From: an uncultured virus (IMG/VR IMGVR_UViG_3300043470_001272)
Taxonomy: Duplodnaviria > Heunggongvirae > Uroviricota > Caudoviricetes
IMG/VR virus record: IMGVR_UViG_3300043470_001272
Direction: 5' to 3' (one strand)
Length of the DNA stretch: 55,852 nucleotides
In this document: positions 50,144 through 55,852 of the stretch, one piece after another
Numbering within the stretch: position 1 is the stretch's first letter
How the letters are laid out: each line of letters starts with the position of its first letter
Position numbers and translations under genes: made by a program
Notes under the pieces: model-generated
Seen by the model: the letters and a program-made list of their open reading frames with translations, nothing else
The model's database searches: none
Told to the model about the DNA's origin: nothing

Positions 50144-50329
50144 CTTAAAGAGGAGTAATCCTCTTTTTTTTACCACAGGTTGAGCTTCGCTTGCATTAAC
50201 ATAAATGTACTGAGTGAAAAGTAATGAAGTATAGTGATGAGTAGGTTGAACTTGCTATGCAAGTTTTCATTTACCATAAATGTACTGAATGAAAAGTAGT
50301 TTATTGTTTAATTGTTTAATTTATTTATT

Positions 50330-50731
50330 ATGTTAAATTTAGATTGGAAGCCCGAGACTAACCCTAACACGGGTAAATCTCAACTTGTTGCAAGAGTTAC
50401 AGGTAAATTAGAATCAATTGGTTCCAAATTATTGGAGTCCAAAGTAGAGGGTAACAAGCCTTACTACCTTAACACAATTACTGTTGTGGATAAGGAAGGT
50501 ACTGTTGCAGAAGACGTAACAGCAATGTTTTACCCTGGTGAGAAAAATAAACTTGAAGATTGTATTGTTGGTAAAACATACTTGACTAAAGTTATTTGGA
50601 CACCTGGTGCTGAAAACTTGTTGTATTGCAACACGGCTCTTATTGCAGGTAACCGTACTAAAGCAGGTAGTGATGCAGAATTTGATGCATTGTTTGCTAA
50701 GCTTACTGCAGGTATCAATATGGAGTTGTAA
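50330..50731 (+). CDS. Highly expressed early protein, possible OB-fold nucleic-acid-binding protein
   Basis: Two tandem motif copies upstream, optimised codons (AAC, TAC, CGT), beta-rich pattern; start taken at MLNLDW. Confidence 0.6.
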   Translation: MLNLDWKPETNPNTGKSQLVARVTGKLESIGSKLLESKVEGNKPYYLNTITVVDKEGTVAEDVTAMFYPGEKNKLEDCIVGKTYLTKVIWTPGAENLLYCNTALIAGNRTKAGSDAEFDALFAKLTAGINMEL

Positions 50732-50738
50732 GAATACT

Positions 50739-50768
50739 AAGCCCTTGTAGAAATACAAGGGTTTTTTA
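50739..50768 (+). terminator. Intrinsic terminator
   Basis: CCCTTGTA-GAAA-TACAAGGG plus T tract. Confidence 0.85.
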
Positions 50769-51462
50769 TTTGTTATGCTACTTTTTTATTAGTTATTGTA
50801 TAGTAATTAATTACTTATTACATACATAATAGTTAGTATGTCTTCATTAGAGTATTACTTTACGGTCTTAACAGTCTAATAGTAATGTAAATATCTACAA
50901 TAATTATCACAAGTAAACTACTATGGCTTCATTAAGAATAATTATGTAGTATGTTTTACTGCTAAGGTAGCAGAAGAATACATTATACTTAGTTGTCTCC
51001 CACCGGTGGAGCAATGGCATTTTTTGTAGCAATAGCAAGGCTACTGTGTTATGCATAGGAGTGAGAAAATGGGTGAGTATTAACCCTCTATCATATCTTA
51101 ACCATTATAATAACCAGTAAAATCTCTTACAACACCTAATAAACATAGTATATATGGCTATAAACTACAGTCTTAGTTAAACCCTTAGTATATTACTATC
51201 TATATTACTACTATATATAGAAGCACAATAAAAGATTCCGGATTATAATATTTCTGGTCATTCTTACTAATCAGTATCCTTGAACTAATGATAGGAACAG
51301 ATTAAACTATGTATTTCAATAGATATGGAGAGGCAGTAATCCTCTCTGCAACTTGTACAGCTAACCAATAATGCTGTACCACAAATCTTGTAGGTTGTTA
51401 GAAACCTTCCCTTATAAGGCTCAAGAATAACACGCTTGAGATAGGTACGTGCAGTGTGTTAT

Positions 51463-51573
51463 TACTCTCATCCAAGCAGGTAAGGATAAGCTACCAATAG
51501 ATCTCGTCAGTCTATTGATGTGGGCACTTAATGGAGTGACACTTCTCAAGGATTGCAACCTTGTGAGAGTACA
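51463..51573 (+). ncRNA. tRNA-like RNA with elongated anticodon arm
   Basis: TACTCTCA/TGAGAGTA acceptor-like stem, TCC-AAGCAGGTAA-GGA D-like arm, CAAGG-ATTGCAA-CCTTG T-like arm. Confidence 0.5.
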
Positions 51574-51587
51574 AAAAACCATCCACC

Positions 51588-51860
51588 AAGACTAAAAGCT
51601 TTCTTTGTAACATGTAGGGATACATGTGAGGTTGTTAGAAGAAATGCATTTAAAAATTTGGAAAGGTAGAGATATTGATGCATTCTCTCTACAACTTTTA
51701 GTCTTTTGTAATGCACCATTCTCACTTCCCAAGGGTAGACAACTTGTAGTATATCTGGCCAGGATGGTTTTATTCTTTGGTTTAAAACAGCAAAGGTAGT
51801 ACTGATGGATTTAAAATCCTGAATGTCAAAAGCTACTGACTACAAGTTGAGTGCAGAGGG
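51588..51860 (+). ncRNA. Two adjacent multi-stem structured RNA candidates
   Basis: 11-bp closing stems AAGACTAAAAG/CTTTTAGTCTT and CAACTTGTAGT/ACTACAAGTTG with internal hairpins. Confidence 0.55.
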
Positions 51861-51909
51861 ATTATTAACTTATAGAAACTTTATTTATTCACTTAAAAAT
51901 ATATTTATT

Positions 51910-52110
51910 ATGCAAGTAATAACAATAACTCAAGAACAACAAGATGCTTTATTAAAAGTATCAATGGATTCATTTAGAGAATCTGGACTAAGACAGTCAA
52001 TAAGAGAACAAAATAAGTGGTGGGCTGATAATATTCTTAATGGTAAAAAACCATATAGAGTAGATAGATTATCAGAAACTACTTATGAAGTGTTTATGAA
52101 TCCAGAATAA
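51910..52110 (+). CDS. Hypothetical protein
   Basis: Start taken at MQVITI after an A-rich leader. Confidence 0.7.
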   Translation: MQVITITQEQQDALLKVSMDSFRESGLRQSIREQNKWWADNILNGKKPYRVDRLSETTYEVFMNPE

Positions 52111-52167
52111 GATAAAGTCCTAAGCAGGACTATAAACTGCTTATTTTATAAACTTAAACCTAAACTT

Positions 52168-52470
52168 ATGAAGAAAGTATACATTGTTTTTTGGACATTT
52201 ATACGTGATACAGATGATGATTATTGTCAATCTGAAACTAGTATAGTTGGTGTTTATAGCACTGAAGAACTTGCTAAACAAAAAATTGCTGATATAGTAG
52301 AGTCTACTATAGAAGAAGAAATTCTTAATTATGAAGACTATACATCACATTGTATTGATAATGGTTATGTAAGTTCTGATCCTGAATTAGACTATTGTAA
52401 CTATTTACATGCTATGAGAGATACTACTAGCAGTAGTTATCACTATGAAGAATTGCCAGTATTAAAATAA
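52168..52470 (+). CDS. Acidic phage protein
   Basis: KKVYIV...IVGVYSTEELAK motif, common in small phage proteins. Confidence 0.75.
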   Translation: MKKVYIVFWTFIRDTDDDYCQSETSIVGVYSTEELAKQKIADIVESTIEEEILNYEDYTSHCIDNGYVSSDPELDYCNYLHAMRDTTSSSYHYEELPVLK

Positions 52471-52474
52471 TCAG

Positions 52475-52596
52475 AATTAATACACCACTAACTTAGGTTA
52501 GACAGTTGTAATACCTTCGGACTGCTGTGTATACGCAAGGTCTTGTAGAAGTAATCAAGCAGGGAATGCTTCTATTACAACTGTGGTGTATTAATT
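52475..52596 (+). ncRNA. Structured RNA candidate with kissing-loop potential
   Basis: AATTAATACACC/GGTGTATTAATT and ACAGTTGTAA/TTACAACTGT stems enclosing two hairpins. Confidence 0.65.
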
Positions 52597-52622
52597 TAAT
52601 TAGTAATCTTTAAACTAATAAT

Positions 52623-52832
52623 ATGCTATTTGCAAAGTTTTTATTCATTATAAAACTACACACAGGTTTTATAATACCGTCATCAGATGTTGATGGAAGA
52701 ATCATTTACTCTATACCTTCAGAAAGTATTGAGTATGCTTATAAATCTGAGATTATCCAGTATCTTGAAACTGGAGTATTTAAATATGATGATACACTGG
52801 ATGATCCAGTAATATTATCTGAAGTACAATAA
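52623..52832 (+). CDS. Hypothetical protein
   Basis: A-rich leader; in operon. Confidence 0.65.
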   Translation: MLFAKFLFIIKLHTGFIIPSSDVDGRIIYSIPSESIEYAYKSEIIQYLETGVFKYDDTLDDPVILSEVQ

Positions 52833-52853
52833 ATCTGATTAAAAATTCTGATT

Positions 52854-53051
52854 ATGAAAAATATGTCACAACATACCTGGGAAATATGGTTCTTAGGTTC
52901 AATATTTGGATGCATAGTGCCTATGTTGGCAGTTATGTGTGAATCAAGAGATGAAGAGGTGATGAAGTATGCTACTATAGCATTAGTAATTTCTTTTATC
53001 TCTTTTATTTTATGTGTTATTGTTGGTAATAAAACTGAAAACAAATTATGA
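52854..53051 (+). CDS. Small two-TM membrane protein
   Basis: Two hydrophobic helices. Confidence 0.65.
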   Translation: MKNMSQHTWEIWFLGSIFGCIVPMLAVMCESRDEEVMKYATIALVISFISFILCVIVGNKTENKL

Positions 53052-53233
53052 AAAGAGAAAACATTTACCTTGGTCTTAGTTTCCTGTCATTGCTATTGGC
53101 AGGAATTTGTATCTTAGCTATATATACTGTAGCAGACAACAAAGAATTAATAGCATCTATTATTGGCTTTAGCTTATGGTGTATGATTGGTACATTATCA
53201 ATGAGTAGTTATTTACATTATAAAACTAAATAG
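53048..53233 (+). CDS. Small two-TM membrane protein
   Basis: Two hydrophobic helices; ATGA overlap with the previous gene. Confidence 0.65.
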   Translation: MKRENIYLGLSFLSLLLAGICILAIYTVADNKELIASIIGFSLWCMIGTLSMSSYLHYKTK

Positions 53234-53234
53234 A

Positions 53235-53465
53235 ATGGCAGAAGTAAAAATTAAAGATAGAAAAAATGAAATAGAATTTCTAAGAATGGCTTGTAATATG
53301 GCAGAAATAGGAATTGGGTATCAACATGCAGATTTAATTATTAGATTACAAGAAAGACTAAGTAAACTTAAAGGTAAGTTTTCTATATCTGATGGTATAG
53401 AAATACATCATGAGTGGAAAGAAGAATGGGTAAAATATTTTGAAGAACAAGATAAATCAGAATAA
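53235..53465 (+). CDS. Hypothetical protein
   Basis: In operon. Confidence 0.7.
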   Translation: MAEVKIKDRKNEIEFLRMACNMAEIGIGYQHADLIIRLQERLSKLKGKFSISDGIEIHHEWKEEWVKYFEEQDKSE

Positions 53466-53549
53466 GATGGATATATTAATTGTTACAGTATTATCAATGC
53501 TGTTAGTTTACTCTCAAACACATCTTAATAAAAACTAAAAATTACACTT

Positions 53550-53804
53550 ATGGAAACTGTTTACTGGACTATGAAGAATGGTCAAAAGATTGATGTTGAT
53601 ACTATGGATGTACAACATCTCCGCAATACTCTTAAAATGCTTATCAAAGCTAAGAGAGCTGTAACTACATCTAAACCTAAGTTTGAGGTACATGGTGAAA
53701 TTGCAAGTGAGTTTGCTGATATGGCAAGACTATATGCAATTAGTCCTGAATTAACTTGTACTTGTGATGAAGTACATGTATGTCAACAATGTTATGAATT
53801 ATAA
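53550..53804 (+). CDS. Hypothetical protein with C-terminal CxC...CxxC
   Basis: YWTMKNGQKIDVDTMDVQHLRNTLKML motif. Confidence 0.7.
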   Translation: METVYWTMKNGQKIDVDTMDVQHLRNTLKMLIKAKRAVTTSKPKFEVHGEIASEFADMARLYAISPELTCTCDEVHVCQQCYEL

Positions 53805-53837
53805 AACCAAATAAATTAACCTTTAAAACTAAAAGTT

Positions 53838-54026
53838 ATGATTGCACAAATGTTAATCCAAGAAATTAAAGATCTTTCTATGAAAGCAACAAGACAAGAG
53901 TTAGAACAAAGCTATTTTGAAGCTTTAGAGAAATTGTCTTCAAAAGACTTAAGTCTTATTAGAGATTCTTATTTACAAGAAACTCAAAACTTTGTAATGA
54001 TGCCTAATCTTGATCATTTATATTAG
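53838..54026 (+). CDS. Hypothetical protein
   Basis: A-rich leader. Confidence 0.65.
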   Translation: MIAQMLIQEIKDLSMKATRQELEQSYFEALEKLSSKDLSLIRDSYLQETQNFVMMPNLDHLY

Positions 54027-54028
54027 TT

Positions 54029-54256
54029 ATGAAAAAACTAGAACAAAAACTAAAAGCTCTACAAGATGAGCTTTATGATTTGCATTTTATAGCTTCTTCT
54101 GAAGTATATAAACAAAGAAGAGCTGATATAGAGTATCAGATTGTTCTTGTAGAAGAAGCTATTGAACTTGAAAAGAAAATGCTACCCTTTAAAATTACAT
54201 TTGGGGTAGCATGTGCTGGTATAGTAGGATTACTTATTTATTCATTATTAAAATAA
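54029..54256 (+). CDS. Coiled-coil protein with C-terminal TM helix
   Basis: Translated sequence. Confidence 0.65.
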   Translation: MKKLEQKLKALQDELYDLHFIASSEVYKQRRADIEYQIVLVEEAIELEKKMLPFKITFGVACAGIVGLLIYSLLK

Positions 54257-54262
54257 ACCAAA

Positions 54263-54574
54263 ATGGCAAAAAAAAAAACGATTGACTTTTGTTTTGATGA
54301 TACAGATATTAACTTAATGAAAGAAGAATTATTGAAAAAACTTAATGATGAGATAATTGCTGATCTAGAAGCTAAATTAGACATAGCTTATAGAGAGCAA
54401 GAACAAATGCTAAAAGAACTGAAAAGATGGACAGATGCTTTTCCTTATGCATTAGAACAACTTGAAGAACATACTGGAGAAATTACTTCAGAAGATTTTA
54501 CTTATCATGCAAAGCTTCTTTATAAGATTATGGAGCATAAGTTTGGTTATAAACCAAAAATGGAAGAGCTTTAA
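54263..54574 (+). CDS. Hypothetical coiled-coil protein
   Basis: In operon. Confidence 0.65.
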   Translation: MAKKKTIDFCFDDTDINLMKEELLKKLNDEIIADLEAKLDIAYREQEQMLKELKRWTDAFPYALEQLEEHTGEITSEDFTYHAKLLYKIMEHKFGYKPKMEEL

Positions 54575-54775
54575 AGAAAATGTGTTGTTCCCTTGAGAAA
54601 GGAAAAAGGTATTTTGTACAGTGGTTGAGTCTAGAAATGGATTCTTATGTACACAACATAGAGGCTCTCAACCTCAAGACACATAAACTTCAGTTCCCAT
54701 ACAGCGGTGAGATGGGCTAAGTTATATACATTTTCTCGGAGCTGGAAGTAGAAAGCTGAAGAATGTGTTTTTTAT

Positions 54776-54848
54776 AGTCAGGTGGCGTAATGAGGCGTGG
54801 TTGCCGAGTCCTATATGGTTGCTTTAAGGTTCGAGTCCTCCCTGACTA
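54776..54848 (+). tRNA. Degenerate tRNA / tRNA-like element (anticodon not assignable)
   Basis: AGTCAGG/CCTGACT acceptor stem, TGGCGTAATG D-arm start, AGG-TTCGAGT-CCT T arm; no proper anticodon stem. Confidence 0.6.
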
Positions 54849-54962
54849 CAGTTGCAACAGTGCAACTTTGCCTTACCCTGACAGGAACAAAAACCTAGAG
54901 GCTTATAAGTGGGTGACAGCTGAAAAGACAGCATTTTTTATTAACCTTTAAATCAGAATAGA

Positions 54963-55178
54963 ATGGAAGTAACACTTATTCACTCTGTCTTAGGTTTCAA
55001 TAGAGATATTGAGATTAAAGACCAATATGGTGAAACTATCAAAACTGGTGCTAGGACTATATATCCTACAGTTATGTTAGAACAACTACAGTATAAGATT
55101 CTTGATAAAAGTGTTTTTACACATTATAATCAAGGATTACTAGACAAGATTAGAAACTGTAGAAGAAATATAGATTAA
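54963..55178 (+). CDS. Hypothetical protein
   Basis: In operon. Confidence 0.65.
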   Translation: MEVTLIHSVLGFNRDIEIKDQYGETIKTGARTIYPTVMLEQLQYKILDKSVFTHYNQGLLDKIRNCRRNID

Positions 55179-55179
55179 T

Positions 55180-55608
55180 ATGAGCAATAAGATTCACTTA
55201 GAACTTGAAGAGACTGATTTATATAATACTCTTAAAACAATAATTAACCATCCAAATAGTGAAGAGATAGCAAAACTATTAACTCCTTATATTGGTGGTA
55301 GTCCAGATTGTGCAAAATGGTTCTTTAAGTTATTATATGGTCAAAGATTACCGGATAAGATACCTGTTGGTACTATATGTTTAACACATGTTAACAATCT
55401 TACTTATGAAGTTGATAAAATACTAACTAAAGCATCTGATCTTTGTGATAATGAAGGTATGATAGCTTGTACAATAGTTGAGTTTAGAGGTTATCATGAC
55501 TGGAGACACTTTGAAGTTACATCACAAGGTATTGATTCATCTGGTAATCAGAAGACATTTAAGAGTTACCTTATGGGTGATCAATTAGAGCTATTAGAGG
55601 AATTTTAA
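55180..55608 (+). CDS. Hypothetical protein
   Basis: 142-aa ORF. Confidence 0.75.
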   Translation: MSNKIHLELEETDLYNTLKTIINHPNSEEIAKLLTPYIGGSPDCAKWFFKLLYGQRLPDKIPVGTICLTHVNNLTYEVDKILTKASDLCDNEGMIACTIVEFRGYHDWRHFEVTSQGIDSSGNQKTFKSYLMGDQLELLEEF

Positions 55609-55648
55609 AATAGTATATCTGTGATATGCTTTTTCCTAGTAAATGTAG

Positions 55649-55672
55649 AAGGGGTAGTGATACCCCTTTTTC
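55649..55672 (+). terminator. Intrinsic terminator
   Basis: AAGGGGTA-GTGA-TACCCCTT plus T tract. Confidence 0.75.
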
Positions 55673-55761
55673 ATTGTTTAGCTATATATGCAGTAATTAG
55701 ATGTGTAGTAAGTTTAGTTAATTAATATAATGATTTATATTTACTAAACTTTTATACAATA

Positions 55762-55852
55762 ATGCCATACTATCAATTATCTAATGGTAAGACAATCTAT
55801 CTAACTATTGATCAATACCTTGATTTAAGTGATGATGATATACAGTATATGA
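55762..55852 (+). CDS. Partial hypothetical protein (truncated by window)
   Basis: MPYYQLSNGKTIYLTIDQYLDLSDDDIQYM... Confidence 0.65.
   Translation, partial: MPYYQLSNGKTIYLTIDQYLDLSDDDIQYM

Larger units (their letters stand above)
47578..50290 (+). repeat. Dispersed repeat array: GGTTG-N5-CATAAA-YRTACT motif (10 copies), TAAAACTATATATT-ATG leader and GGGGAGTAATCCCC-type terminator
   Basis: GGTTG starts at 47578, 47810, 48035, 48323, 48645, 48959, 49290, 49599, 50178 and 50244. Confidence 0.9.

Noticed and set aside
47578..50290. CRISPR array or attC integron
   Set aside because: Spacing is 200-350 nt and filled by complete ORFs, the repeats are degenerate, and no cas gene, integrase or attC-type inverted core sites were seen
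50770..51900. DGR template repeat in the noncoding region
   Set aside because: No AAC-rich copy of the VR sequence on either strand
51823..51909. Longer start for the ORF ending at 52110
   Set aside because: Overlaps the structured RNA candidate; the ATG at 51910 has the typical A-rich leader
47536..53044. Minus-strand or alternative-frame ORFs in the early region (47536, 48023, 49025, 49080, 50429, 50530, 52739)
   Set aside because: They overlap genes that have clear leaders and terminators
54849..54935. Hammerhead or HDV-like (theta) ribozyme after the tRNA-like element
   Set aside because: No CUGANGA/GAAA core, and I could not build the nested double pseudoknot by eye; kept only as generic structure
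1..55852. Stop-codon reassignment as in some crAss-like phages
   Set aside because: Core genes are intact under the standard code, TAG and TGA end genes normally, and no suppressor tRNA is recognisable

Overview
This AT-rich window comes from a crAss-like phage (Crassvirales or a close environmental relative), most likely infecting a Bacteroidota host, and uses the standard genetic code. Positions 1-47290 form one minus-strand block. It holds the crAss-type module terminase-portal-scaffold-major capsid-ring/tail proteins, Cys-rich and fibre-like virion proteins, a lysis cluster, a cluster of small Lys-rich proteins, and an accessory cluster (GroES, Acb2/Tad1-like hairpin protein, ATE1/Bpt-like aminoacyl-tRNA-protein transferase). 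Transcription switches strand at about 47300-47570. On the + strand follows an array of about 10 monocistronic mini-gene cassettes, most with a conserved GGTTG-N5-CATAAA-YRTACT motif, a conserved leader and a terminator hairpin; three motif copies carry an inserted triloop hairpin. Further right lie an ORF-free AT-rich tract, several candidate structured RNAs (two tRNA-like elements, three similar kissing-loop folds, pseudoknots) and small hypothetical genes. One fibre gene ends in what looks like a DGR variable region, with no template repeat or reverse transcriptase in the window. All family assignments come from motif recognition by eye, not from database searches.
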